A stretch of 36,477 bases of DNA from the NCBI GenBank assembly GCA_041619515.1, contig JBFKDW010000023.1, positions 1 through 36,477 on the forward strand, given 5' to 3'. Positions 8,604 through 17,980 of this stretch are shown here, one piece after another (the first letter of the stretch is position 1; each line of letters begins with the position of its first letter). Below the pieces are notes generated by a model. It was not told the origin of the DNA, ran no database searches, and saw nothing but the letters and a program-made list of their open reading frames with translations. The stretch is from Acidimicrobiia bacterium. Its GTDB lineage: Bacteria > Actinomycetota > Acidimicrobiia > Spongiisociales > SHLN01. Made by a program: the position numbers and the translations under genes.

Positions 8604-8713
8604 GGAGAAACAATACTTCTCCCGTCACAGTGGGCGGTGCAGGCACGACCGACGATCTAGAGTTCCCGGGAGGCTTGCCTGCCGAGAATCCCTCGCCCGA
8701 GGCTCAACCGCCC

Positions 8714-9262
8714 GTGAGTTACGTCACCTACACACAACTGACCGCGCTGCTGGCCCTGTTCGCCAACGCAGCCGCCATCGTGCTGCTCGCCGTCTTTGTC
8801 GGTGCCAGATGGGGCGTTGGGTTCCTGGTCGGCCCCCGCGATTGGATGCGAGAGGCGCTCCGGGACGCCGGGGTGTCCATCGCCGCGGCGGTGGCGTCGG
8901 CGTCGACCATCGGCAGCCTGCTCTACTCGGAGTACTACGACCTCATCCCCTGCCGGCTGTGCTGGTACCAGCGCATCGCGATGTATCCGCTGGCAATCAT
9001 TCTCATCATTGCCGCCGTCCGCAAGGACAACTTCGGGGCCCGCCGCTACGGCATGCCGCTGGCCGTCGCCGGTGGCCTCATCGCCGCCTATCACTATTTG
9101 ATCCAGCAGTTTCCCGATCTCGAAGCCGGAGCCTGCTCACTGGAGGTGCCGTGCTCGGCGCCGTACGTCTGGCAGTACGGGTTCGTTTCCATCCCCTACA
9201 TGGCCCTGGCCGGCTTCGTCCTCATCGCCGTGTTGCTGGCGACGACCGAAAAGTCCCCATGA
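8714..9262 (+). CDS. Disulfide bond formation protein B (DsbB/BdbC family)
   Basis: PCRLCWYQRIAMYP motif, second pair CSLEVPC and multiple TM helices. Start placed at GTG 8714 within ORF 8594..9262 (start uncertain). Confidence 0.88.
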   Translation: MSYVTYTQLTALLALFANAAAIVLLAVFVGARWGVGFLVGPRDWMREALRDAGVSIAAAVASASTIGSLLYSEYYDLIPCRLCWYQRIAMYPLAIILIIAAVRKDNFGARRYGMPLAVAGGLIAAYHYLIQQFPDLEAGACSLEVPCSAPYVWQYGFVSIPYMALAGFVLIAVLLATTEKSP

Positions 9263-9918
9263 GACGCGGGCTGGTGGCGTTGGCGGTGGTCGTGGCGGCA
9301 TGCGGAGGAGGCGACGGTGGCCCCGGTGGCGATGATGCACTGCCTCTGGCCACCAGCGCTCCCACCACCACGGCACCGACAACGACCACGACGACGCTCC
9401 CTGCGTCACTCGAGACATCCGAGTCGCTGGCGATATCGGGCGCCGGCCTGCCCCGATTCGGAGAGGAGCCGGACCCGGCAGTCGGCCTCCCCGCCCCGAC
9501 CCTCGCCGGCGCCGGCTTCGACGGCTCGGAGGTTCGGATCGCGCCGTCCGGCAACTACACCGTCGTCATGTTCCTTTCCCACTGGTGCCCGCACTGTCGG
9601 GACGAGGTTCAGGACCTGGGTCCCTACCTGGCAGCGAATCAGCCGCCCGACAACGTGGAACTGTTCGCCGTCTCCACCGGGGTGGACGAGGCCCGGCCCA
9701 ACTACCCTCCTTCGGAGTGGCTGACCCCCGATGCGTGGCCGGTTCCGGTGCTGATGGATACGGCCGACAATCAGGCGGCGATCGCCTACGGCCTCACTGC
9801 CTACCCGTTCTGGGTGGTGCTCAACCCCGATGGGGTCGTATTAGCCAGAACTGCCGGTAGCCTGCCCCTGCAAACCGTCGAAAGGCTATTCGACGACCTG
9901 TCTCAGCTCGAAGGTTGA
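9259..9918 (+). CDS. TlpA/thioredoxin-fold lipoprotein (WCPHC)
   Basis: Lipobox VAAC, Thr-rich linker, FLSHWCPHC and YP cis-proline region. ATGA overlap with dsbB. Confidence 0.88.
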   Translation: MRRGLVALAVVVAACGGGDGGPGGDDALPLATSAPTTTAPTTTTTTLPASLETSESLAISGAGLPRFGEEPDPAVGLPAPTLAGAGFDGSEVRIAPSGNYTVVMFLSHWCPHCRDEVQDLGPYLAANQPPDNVELFAVSTGVDEARPNYPPSEWLTPDAWPVPVLMDTADNQAAIAYGLTAYPFWVVLNPDGVVLARTAGSLPLQTVERLFDDLSQLEG

Positions 9919-9920
9919 CC

Positions 9921-10556
9921 ATGACATCCAGATCCTCCACGCAGAAGAGTTCGAACGCCAAGACCCTGCTGCTCTCGCTGGCCGGAGCCGTTGCCGTCAT
10001 CGGTTTGGTGGCAGTAGTGATCAGCGGCGCCGGCTCGAGCAGCACCACCGACCCCGACTTGCAGGGAGCACCCACTGTCACCGGGGAGCGGCTCGCCCCC
10101 TTCGCGTCGGGGCAGAGCGATGCGGAGGCCGGCAAGCCGACACCGGCTGTCGCCGGTGCCGACTTCGACGGCACCCCCGTCTCGATTGAGAACAACGGCA
10201 AAGCGAAACTCATCGTGTTCCTGGCTCACTGGTGCCCCAACTGCCAGGCCGAGGTGCCCGAGGTCGTGGACTGGCTGGCCGAGAACACCCTGCCCGACGA
10301 CGTTGAGATGATTGCGGTGGCGACATCGATCAGCCGCACCCGGGCCAATTACCCACCGTCGGACTGGCTTGAACGCGAAAACTGGCCGACACCGGTGATT
10401 CTGGACTCGACTTCGTCTGAGGTTGGAAACGCCTTCGGCGTGACGGCGTTTCCGCTGTGGGCAATGGTCGATTCCGACGGCAACCTCGTTACCAGGTTGT
10501 CCGGGGCCGGGCAGGTCGACCTCGACCTCTGGACCACCGCCCTTTCGGGCGCTTAG
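9921..10556 (+). CDS. Membrane-anchored TlpA/thioredoxin-fold protein (WCPNC)
   Basis: N-terminal TM helix and FLAHWCPNC. Clear paralog of the upstream gene (shared NYPPSxWL and WP.PV). Confidence 0.88.
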   Translation: MTSRSSTQKSSNAKTLLLSLAGAVAVIGLVAVVISGAGSSSTTDPDLQGAPTVTGERLAPFASGQSDAEAGKPTPAVAGADFDGTPVSIENNGKAKLIVFLAHWCPNCQAEVPEVVDWLAENTLPDDVEMIAVATSISRTRANYPPSDWLERENWPTPVILDSTSSEVGNAFGVTAFPLWAMVDSDGNLVTRLSGAGQVDLDLWTTALSGA

Positions 10557-10560
10557 CCAC

Positions 10561-11661
10561 CTAGAGCCCGACCCGGTCGGCGAGGACGGCTCGCTGTTCG
10601 GCCGGCGACCCGAAGAGGAGCTCGGTGCTCTTTGCCCGCTTGAAGTAGAGGTGGGCGTCGTGCTCCCACGTGAACCCGATGCCGCCGTGAACCTGGATGT
10701 TGTCGGCGGCCGCTTTGAAATACGCCTCCGAGCAGTAGGCCTTGGCGAGCGGAGCGGCCACGGCCAGCTCGGGGGAGCCGGTCGCCAGGGCCCAAAGGGC
10801 GTACCCGGCCGCCGATCGAGCCGACTCGAGTGACACGAGCATGTCGGCGCACATGTGCTTCACTGCTTGGAACGATCCGATGGCGCGGCCGAATTGTCTG
10901 CGAGTCTTGGCGTACTCGACCGCCATCTCCAGCACCCGCTCCAGGCCACCCACCTGTTCCGCGGCGAGTGCGGTCCGGGCGACGTCGTACACCCGCTCGA
11001 CCGTTTCCCAGCCGGCGCGGCCGAGCCGGACGGCCGGAGCTGCCGTCATCTCCACCACGGCCTGCGGACGAGTCGTGTCGAGCGTGACCAGCCGGGAGGC
11101 GGAGACCGAATCGGCGCCGACGAGAAACAGCCCTACCTCCTCATCGACCTTCGCTGCCACCACCAGGAGATCGGCGATGTGCCCGGCCGTGACGAAGCTC
11201 TTCACTCCCGTTATGACGTGGCCGCCACCCGCCGCCGGGTCGGCAGCAACCGTGACCGACCTCTGATCCCAGCCCCCGCCCGGCTCTATCACGGCGATGG
11301 TGGCGATGGCGTCGCCGGCCGCGATCGCCGGCAGCCAGTGTGCCTTCTGTTCTTCGTTGCCGCCTGCCAACAGGGCTTCGGCGGCCAGGAGTGTGGACAG
11401 GAACGGCACCGGGGCGAGCGTCCGGCCCATCTCGTGAAGGAGTATTCCCGTCTCGGCATACGTGAAGCCGGCCCCGCCGTACGACTCGGGTATGTGCATG
11501 GCGGGCCACCCCTGCTCAGACACGCTCTTCCACAGCCGCGAATCAACCCCGGGCTCGCTTTCCATGATCTCGCGTACCCGCTCGGTCGAACACTGTTCGT
11601 CGAGGAAGCGGCGGGCGCCGTCTCGCAGCATGACTTGCTCGGCCGAATACGTGAAGTCCAT
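10561..11661 (-). CDS. Acyl-CoA dehydrogenase family protein
   Basis: MDFTYSAEQ start, RRQFGRAIGSFQAVKH and IQVHGGIGFTWEH. TATGAT -10 six nt before ATG 11661. Confidence 0.93.
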   Translation of the reverse strand: MDFTYSAEQVMLRDGARRFLDEQCSTERVREIMESEPGVDSRLWKSVSEQGWPAMHIPESYGGAGFTYAETGILLHEMGRTLAPVPFLSTLLAAEALLAGGNEEQKAHWLPAIAAGDAIATIAVIEPGGGWDQRSVTVAADPAAGGGHVITGVKSFVTAGHIADLLVVAAKVDEEVGLFLVGADSVSASRLVTLDTTRPQAVVEMTAAPAVRLGRAGWETVERVYDVARTALAAEQVGGLERVLEMAVEYAKTRRQFGRAIGSFQAVKHMCADMLVSLESARSAAGYALWALATGSPELAVAAPLAKAYCSEAYFKAAADNIQVHGGIGFTWEHDAHLYFKRAKSTELLFGSPAEQRAVLADRVGL

Positions 11662-11692
11662 CGAGCGATCATAGGAGGTGCGAGCGGGCCAT

Positions 11693-11727
11693 TCAGGTCG
11701 GCTTGCCCCGGCGCCGATACCTCCTTC
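11693..11727 (+). promoter_or_regulatory. Putative sigma-28/WhiG-like promoter (TCAGG-N15-GCCGAT)
   Basis: TCAGG at 11693-11697, GCCGATAC at 11713-11720 and ATG at 11728. Confidence 0.55.
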
Positions 11728-12528
11728 ATGAACCCGCTGTTGTGCCGCGCCCTCCTCCCGCTGGGAATGGCCCTGGTCGCAGCCGGGTGCACGACTCCCG
11801 CCCGCACCGACTCCGGGGCCCTGCCGGCCGTCACCACCACCGTCGACGCCGAACAGCCGGGAACGACCGCCTCGCTGCCGGCGGCTCCGAGCACGACGCT
11901 GCCCGCGCGAGGCCCCGACATCGTTGCCTGGCTGACGGGGGACGCCATCGCCGGCCCGCTGGCGGCCGCCATCGAGGGCTGGAACGGAGTGAGCCGGGTC
12001 GCACTGGTCGGCGGCGAGGACGCTCTCGCCGAGTTCACCGCCCTCTACGCAGACCGACCCGACCTGGTTGCCGGCGTCGACCCCGCTGTCCTCCCCACCT
12101 CGTTGCGGATCGAGATCATGCATCCATCGTTCCTCCCCGAAGTGGCCGCCCAGCTGCGCTCGCTGGCAGACGTGGAGGAGGTGGCGACTGCCGTTACGCC
12201 CGCCTGCAATGCGTTCCCGGGCTGGAACGTGATCGTGTTCGTCAGCGACGATCGCGAGCTCACGCGCATTCGCAATGAGCTGGCCGCCGCCGAGGGCGTG
12301 AGTGGGATCGAGGCCTTCGGCCGCGAGGCCGCGTACCAGGAGTTCATCGCCCGGTTCGACGGGGCCGGGCACCTGGCCGGGTCCATCGCCGTTCAGGACA
12401 TGTCGGTATCCCTGCGGGCGCGCAGCTCGAACCCGGTCACCCTCACCGTGCTGGCAGACCGATTTGCCGCCGATTGGGCGGTCACCGGTGTCCACGTCTT
12501 CCCTCCAGGTGCCCCCGACTGCAGCTGA
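11728..12528 (+). CDS. Lipoprotein with two FtsX-like extracellular domains
   Basis: Lipobox VAAGC and Thr/Pro linker, then two repeats: GVSRVALVGGEDALAEFTALYADRPDLV...LPTSLRIE and GVSGIEAFGREAAYQEFIARF...SVSLRAR. Confidence 0.7.
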   Translation: MNPLLCRALLPLGMALVAAGCTTPARTDSGALPAVTTTVDAEQPGTTASLPAAPSTTLPARGPDIVAWLTGDAIAGPLAAAIEGWNGVSRVALVGGEDALAEFTALYADRPDLVAGVDPAVLPTSLRIEIMHPSFLPEVAAQLRSLADVEEVATAVTPACNAFPGWNVIVFVSDDRELTRIRNELAAAEGVSGIEAFGREAAYQEFIARFDGAGHLAGSIAVQDMSVSLRARSSNPVTLTVLADRFAADWAVTGVHVFPPGAPDCS

Positions 12529-12574
12529 GAACAACTATCGGGCTATCCGACCCCGGCACTCTATGATCTTGCCG

Positions 12575-13357
12575 ATGGAACCGATTCTCAACGTCACCGA
12601 TCTCCACGTCTCCGTGGAGGGAACACCGATCCTGCAGGGCATCGATCTCGAGGTCGCCCGCGGCACCATCCATGCGGTCATGGGCCCCAATGGATCGGGG
12701 AAGTCGACCCTGGCGGGCGTGCTCATGGGCGATCCCACCTATGAGATCACCGACGGCAGCATCCGCTTCAAAGGTCAGGAGCTGGTGGCGGGCGACGACT
12801 GGACCGACGAGCAGATCGCGGCCGTGACCAGCACCGAGCGCGGCAAGGCCGGCATGTTCCTTGCCTTTCAGTATCCCGAGGAGATTCCCGGTGTCACCAT
12901 CGTCAACTTCCTGCGTCAAGCCCTCTCGAATCGCACCGGCGTCCCTCTGACGGTGCTCGAGCTGCGCCTCAAAGTCGCCGACACGATGCGGGCGCTCGGC
13001 ATGGACCCCAGCTTCGCCGACCGGTACCTGAATGAAGGCTTCTCGGGCGGGGAGCGCAAGCGCAACGAAGTCCTCCAGATGGCGGTGCTCGAGCCCGAGC
13101 TGGCGATCATGGACGAAACCGACTCGGGACTGGATATCGATGCGCTGCGAGTCGTCGCAGACGGGGTCAACCGCCTTCGCAGCCCCGAACGCGCCTTTCT
13201 CATCATCACCCACTACCAGCGCCTCCTCGAGTACATCACACCGGACGTGGTCCACATCCTCATCGACGGCAAGATCGTGGAGACCGGTGGCCCCGAGCTG
13301 GCCGCTCGGGTCGAGGGTGAGGGATATGACTCGTATCGGGCAGCAGTCACATCTTGA
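12575..13357 (+). CDS. sufC: Fe-S cluster assembly ATPase SufC (copy 1)
   Basis: GPNGSGKST, AFQYPEEIPGV, NEGFSGGERKR, DETDSGLDID and ITHYQRLL. TATGAT -10 upstream. Confidence 0.95.
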   Translation: MEPILNVTDLHVSVEGTPILQGIDLEVARGTIHAVMGPNGSGKSTLAGVLMGDPTYEITDGSIRFKGQELVAGDDWTDEQIAAVTSTERGKAGMFLAFQYPEEIPGVTIVNFLRQALSNRTGVPLTVLELRLKVADTMRALGMDPSFADRYLNEGFSGGERKRNEVLQMAVLEPELAIMDETDSGLDIDALRVVADGVNRLRSPERAFLIITHYQRLLEYITPDVVHILIDGKIVETGGPELAARVEGEGYDSYRAAVTS

Positions 13358-13361
13358 GATC

Positions 13362-14588
13362 GTGACCGACCTCTCCCACCTCCGGTCGGACTTCCCCATC
13401 CTCGACGAGAAGATGAACGGACATCCGTTGATCTACCTCGACTCAGCGGCGACATCACAGAAGCCGGCGGCGGTGATCGAAGCTCTCGACGACTACTACC
13501 GGATCGGCAACGCCAACGTGCATCGGGGCGCGTACACGCTCGCTACCGAAGCCACCGAGCGATACGAAGGGGCCCGCGCCGGCGTGGCCGCCTTCATCAA
13601 TGCCGATCCAGACGAGGTGGCGTTCACCCGCGGAACTACCTCGGCTCTCAACCAGATTGCCTACGGCTGGGGACTCTACAACCTGCGCCCAGGCGACCGG
13701 GTGCTGCTCACGCTGATGGAGCATCATGCCAACATCGTGCCGTGGCAGCTGGTGAGCCGTCACACCGGCGCCGAGCTCGTTTACGTTCCCTATACCCCCG
13801 ACTACGCCCTCGATCTGGAGGCGCTCGACGAGCTCCTCGACGAACGGGTCAAGATCGTCGGGGTCAGCGCCATGTCGAACGTGCTCGGCACTATCAACCC
13901 GATCCGGCACATCGCGAACGCTGCGCACGAGATGGGATCGCTGGTTGTAGTCGATGCGGCCCAGTCGGTTCCCCACATGCCGGTAGATGTCAAAGAGCTG
14001 GATGCGGACTTTCTCGCCTTTTCGGGCCACAAGATGCTCGGCCCGACCGGCATCGGGGTGCTGTACGGCAAGCGGGAGCTGCTCGAGGCGATGGAGCCGG
14101 CCGAAGGTGGCGGCGAAATGATCAGCGACGTCCAGCTGGAATCCTCGACCTGGGCGGCGATACCCCACAAGTTCGAAGCAGGCACTCCGCCCATTGCCGG
14201 GGCCATCGGCCTGGCTGCCGCCGTCGAGTACCTCGAGCATGTTGGCATGGAGAAGGTGCGCCGGCACGAGATCGAGATCACCCAGTACGCCCTCGAGAGG
14301 CTGGGCGCCATCGACGAGCTGACCATATACGGCCCACCGGAGGTTTCCCGTCGCGGGGGGGCCATCAGCTTCACGCTGGCCGACATTCACCCCCACGACA
14401 TCGCCACCATCCTGGATCAGCGGGGTGTTGCCATCCGGGCGGGGCATCATTGCGCCCGTCCCCTCGCCCGCGCCTTGAACGCCCCGGCGACTGCTCGGGC
14501 TTCCTTCTACCTGTACAACGTGCTCTCGGATGTCGACGCTTTGGTCGATGGGCTGCACGAGGCCAGGGAGATCTTCGGTGTCGCTTAA
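13362..14588 (+). CDS. sufS: Cysteine desulfurase SufS
   Basis: YLDSAATSQKP, NVHRG, EHHANIVPWQ, SGHKM (PLP lysine) and RAGHHCA. Confidence 0.96.
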   Translation: MTDLSHLRSDFPILDEKMNGHPLIYLDSAATSQKPAAVIEALDDYYRIGNANVHRGAYTLATEATERYEGARAGVAAFINADPDEVAFTRGTTSALNQIAYGWGLYNLRPGDRVLLTLMEHHANIVPWQLVSRHTGAELVYVPYTPDYALDLEALDELLDERVKIVGVSAMSNVLGTINPIRHIANAAHEMGSLVVVDAAQSVPHMPVDVKELDADFLAFSGHKMLGPTGIGVLYGKRELLEAMEPAEGGGEMISDVQLESSTWAAIPHKFEAGTPPIAGAIGLAAAVEYLEHVGMEKVRRHEIEITQYALERLGAIDELTIYGPPEVSRRGGAISFTLADIHPHDIATILDQRGVAIRAGHHCARPLARALNAPATARASFYLYNVLSDVDALVDGLHEAREIFGVA

Positions 14589-15024
14589 CGAGCTGTATCG
14601 CGAGGTGATCCTCGACCACTATCGAGCACCCCGGCATCACGAGCATCTCGATTCTCCCGACGCCACCGCCGAGGGCAACAACCCGCTGTGCGGTGACGAG
14701 GTCACGATCGAGCTCAAGCTCGACGGCGACGTCGTCAGCGCCATCGGAGCAATCGGCGTCGGCTGCTCGATCAGCCAGGCTTCGGCATCGATGATGTCGG
14801 AGGCCATCACCGGGAAGAGCCGAGCGGATATCGACGAGCTCGTGAGAAGGTTCAAGGTCATGATGACCATCGAGGAGTCCGACGATGACATCGTCGACCC
14901 AGACCGGCCCGGTGCGGCGCTCGGAGATCTCGAAGCTCTCCAGGGCGTTCGCAAGTTCCCGGTCCGCATCAAGTGTGCCGACCTCCCGTGGACCACCCTC
15001 ACCCAGGCGCTGCATTCCACCTGA
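14578..15024 (+). CDS. sufU: SufU (NifU-like) sulfur-transfer/scaffold protein
   Basis: [24 protein letters not shown] and RIKC. Confidence 0.95.
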   Translation: MSLNELYREVILDHYRAPRHHEHLDSPDATAEGNNPLCGDEVTIELKLDGDVVSAIGAIGVGCSISQASASMMSEAITGKSRADIDELVRRFKVMMTIEESDDDIVDPDRPGAALGDLEALQGVRKFPVRIKCADLPWTTLTQALHST

Positions 15025-16046
15025 TGGCCGCTGGTCTCGGCTTCGGGCTCATCTCGGCGCAGCGGTCGCCCGACGACCCGCGGACCTGGACCGAGCTCTA
15101 CCAGGAGGCGCTCGACCTCACGGTACGAGCCGAGGAGCTCGGCTATGACTCCGTGTGGACGACCGAGCACCACTTCATCGACGACGGGTACATGGCATCG
15201 CTGCTCCCGATGAGTGCCGCAATGGCCGCCCGGACGTCGACCATCGAGATCGGGACCGGCGTGATGCTGGCTCCGCTCCACCACCCCCTCCGGCTCGCCG
15301 AGGACGCGGCCGCCGTGCAGCTCATCAGCCGGGGACGGTTCACGCTGGGGCTCGGCTTGGGCTGGATGCCCGTCGAGTTCGAAGCCCTCGGCGCCGACCC
15401 GACCAAGCGCGGCCGCGCCATGGACGAGATTCTCAGCATCCTTCCGCAGGCGTGGTCCGGGGAGCCGTTCCACCACGACGGGGCGGTGTACAGCTTTCCC
15501 GAGGTGGGGGTGCGGCCGGCGCCGGACGTCCCGATACCCATCGTGATCGGCGGCGGCGCCGAGGCTGCGGTGCGACGTGCCGCTCGCGTGGCGGACGGCT
15601 TTTTCTCGAACGCATCGCCGGCCGGCCTTGCCCGTCAGGTGGGGTGGGCACATGACGAGCTGCAACGGACGGGCCGGGATCCGGCCGAATTCCGATGGAT
15701 CTACTACACGATCGTGTTCCCGGGGAGTGACCCCGACACCGCATGGGAACGCGCCCGCAGCCACGTCCACGCCATGCGCTGGAAGTACGAAGACATGGAG
15801 CAGTCGGCGGGCCGCACAGGCCCGCTCCCCCATCCGCCGCCGCTCGAGGCAGCAGCCGAGGAAAAGCTGCGCAAGTCCACGCTGCTGGGCTCCGGAGAAC
15901 ACATCGCAACGCGGATCGACGAGATCCGGACCGCGGCCGGAGTCGAGCTCGACGTGGTCGCCCGCTCGTATTTCCCGGCCATGAGCTACCAGGAGCAGGT
16001 CGAGCTCCTGGAACAGATAGCGGCGGAGGTTGCCCCGCTCGTGTGA
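15024..16046 (+). CDS. LLM-class flavin-dependent oxidoreductase
   Basis: [25 protein letters not shown] and [16 protein letters not shown] coupling to sufU. Confidence 0.9.
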   Translation: MAAGLGFGLISAQRSPDDPRTWTELYQEALDLTVRAEELGYDSVWTTEHHFIDDGYMASLLPMSAAMAARTSTIEIGTGVMLAPLHHPLRLAEDAAAVQLISRGRFTLGLGLGWMPVEFEALGADPTKRGRAMDEILSILPQAWSGEPFHHDGAVYSFPEVGVRPAPDVPIPIVIGGGAEAAVRRAARVADGFFSNASPAGLARQVGWAHDELQRTGRDPAEFRWIYYTIVFPGSDPDTAWERARSHVHAMRWKYEDMEQSAGRTGPLPHPPPLEAAAEEKLRKSTLLGSGEHIATRIDEIRTAAGVELDVVARSYFPAMSYQEQVELLEQIAAEVAPLV

Positions 16047-16094
16047 CCCCCCGGAGGTCCCACCAAAGCACTCCCGGGGTGGGACAATCACCAA

Positions 16095-17060
16095 ATGATC
16101 GTCGACTGCGCCATCTACGAGAACGGCAGGAGAAGGCCGGGAGACCAGCCGATCGAAGGGGCAATGTCGGCGTTCGACGACGGCTTCGTGTGGATCGGGC
16201 TATTCGAGCCCAGCGAAGAAGAGTTCGCGGCCGTCCGGAAAGAGTTCGATCTGCACGAGCTGGCGGTCGAAGACGCCATCCGGGCTCATCAGCGTCCCAA
16301 GCTGGAGATCTACGACGACACGCTCTTCATGGTCCTCAAGACCGCGCGTTACCTAGACCACACCGAGGAGGTCGAGTTTGGGGAGATCCTCATCTTCCTC
16401 TCCGAGCGCTTCGTGGTAGTGGTGCGCCACGGAGAGGCAAGCTCCCTCACACTGGTGCGCCAGCAGCTCGAGACAGATCCCGAGGTGCTTGCGCTGGGGC
16501 CGGCTGCGGTGCTCTATGCCATCACCGACCGGGTGGTCGACGGATACGCCCCGGTGGTAGATGGGCTCGGCAAGGACATCGACGAGGTGGAGAAGGAGGT
16601 GTTCTCCGCCGAGTGGGCAAACCCCGCCGAACGAATCTATTTCCTGAAGCGAGAGGTGCTCGAGTTCCAGACTGCGGCCCGATCGCTGATCGAGCCTTTG
16701 GAGCGGCTGATGCGCGGGTCGATTCGGGCGATCAGTTCCGGGACCACGGAGTACTTTCGTGACGTTCACGACCATGCGGTGCGGGCTTCCACCCAGGTCG
16801 ACCAATACCGTGATCTCCTGACGAGCATCCTCGAAGCCAACCTGACCCAGGCCGGTGTCCGCCAGAACGAAGATATGCGCAAGATCTCGGCGTGGGTGGC
16901 GGTGGCCGTGGTTCCCACCCTGATTGCCGGAATATTCGGGATGAATTTCGACCGCATGCCCGGCCTCGACAGCGCCTGGGGCTTCCCCGCCGTGGTGGGG
17001 ATCATGGGTGTCGTCGCCGGATTCCTATACCGGGCCTTCCGCAAGAGCGGGTGGCTGTGA
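16095..17060 (+). CDS. corA: Magnesium/cobalt transporter CorA
   Basis: HELAVED, HQRPKLE, YFRDVHDH, QNEDMRKIS, GMNF signature and two C-terminal TM helices. Confidence 0.95.
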   Translation: MIVDCAIYENGRRRPGDQPIEGAMSAFDDGFVWIGLFEPSEEEFAAVRKEFDLHELAVEDAIRAHQRPKLEIYDDTLFMVLKTARYLDHTEEVEFGEILIFLSERFVVVVRHGEASSLTLVRQQLETDPEVLALGPAAVLYAITDRVVDGYAPVVDGLGKDIDEVEKEVFSAEWANPAERIYFLKREVLEFQTAARSLIEPLERLMRGSIRAISSGTTEYFRDVHDHAVRASTQVDQYRDLLTSILEANLTQAGVRQNEDMRKISAWVAVAVVPTLIAGIFGMNFDRMPGLDSAWGFPAVVGIMGVVAGFLYRAFRKSGWL

Positions 17061-17094
17061 GCCGGAGACGGCATCTCGACGCCTGACTCAGGGC

Positions 17095-17129
17095 TCAAGG
17101 GCGATCCGGCAACTTCCGATCCTCCTGGG
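17095..17129 (+). promoter_or_regulatory. Putative sigma-28/WhiG-like promoter (TCAAG-N15-TCCGAT)
   Basis: TCAAG at 17095-17099, TCCGAT at 17115-17120 and ATG at 17130. Confidence 0.55.
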
Positions 17130-17771
17130 ATGGAGCTGCGCGTCGTCGAGACGGTGGATGCCCGCCGGGTGGCCGGCCTCGACCTGTTCATTGCTGCGAC
17201 TGCGATCGCGGTTCTCATCTCTCTGTTCCTTCCGTGGTTCCTCGCCGAATACGAGCCGCATGTGTCGGCGGCCCGTGCATGCTTCAGCGACTCCCATGTG
17301 AGCTCGTCCGGCACGTGTGTTCAAAGCTGGAACGGCTGGCGCACGATCTCTCTGCACTGGGCACTGCCGGTGGTGGTGTTCGTTGCCTATCCGCAGGCCG
17401 CCGTGCGGATTCTCGGAGAACGACGGCAACCGAAGCGGCGTGAGCCGCTGACCCTCTCGGGCGCCCTGCTGGCGGTCGTGGTGCTCGGCTTCTTCCTCAC
17501 GCCCGATTTGACCGGCCTCAACGAGGCCCAGGCCGAACAGGCGGCTCTCTACGCGGCAGAGGCCTGGGTGTACACGTCCGTGACATATACCTCCGGGATA
17601 TTCAGCGCCCTCGGATTCGCGTTCGCCGGGTTCGTCGCCGGCGCCCTTCGCTCGCATCTCGATCCGGCCGGTGTCGAGGTGGGGCGATCCCACGGCGGTC
17701 TCATCATCGTGGCACTGGTCCTGGCGCTGCTCCCAATCGCCTACCTGGGCGAGATCCTCACCCGCTTCTGA
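17130..17771 (+). CDS. Hypothetical integral membrane protein (about 5 TM)
   Basis: Several hydrophobic segments, an LFLPWF motif and a Cys pair in the first loop. Confidence 0.75.
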   Translation: MELRVVETVDARRVAGLDLFIAATAIAVLISLFLPWFLAEYEPHVSAARACFSDSHVSSSGTCVQSWNGWRTISLHWALPVVVFVAYPQAAVRILGERRQPKRREPLTLSGALLAVVVLGFFLTPDLTGLNEAQAEQAALYAAEAWVYTSVTYTSGIFSALGFAFAGFVAGALRSHLDPAGVEVGRSHGGLIIVALVLALLPIAYLGEILTRF

Positions 17772-17980
17772 GGCGGATGCTCCTCCGATGCACCAGGTCT
17801 CTCTGCAGACCGCGGTGACGATCGACTACGATTTCCGCTCGAAAAGGGTGTCGCCTGCTCGGAGGCGAGCACGGCTCCTGGATATCACCTAAAGTGGTGG
17901 ACTCTGAACGTTCCGGGTGTAGGCGGCTCGGTCGATGCGGAGGGGGCCAGCCTCGAGAACCGAAGCAGTCAAGGAGTCGG

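Noticed and set aside
8395..9258. N-terminal extension of the 507-aa ORF 8395..9918
   Set aside because: It overlaps dsbB in another frame. The real protein starts at the signal peptide ATG 9259.
11662..12534. Apparent 657-aa ACAD fusion (10561..12534)
   Set aside because: The extension is antisense to the lipoprotein gene. The ACAD starts at MDFTYS (11661), with its own -10 box.
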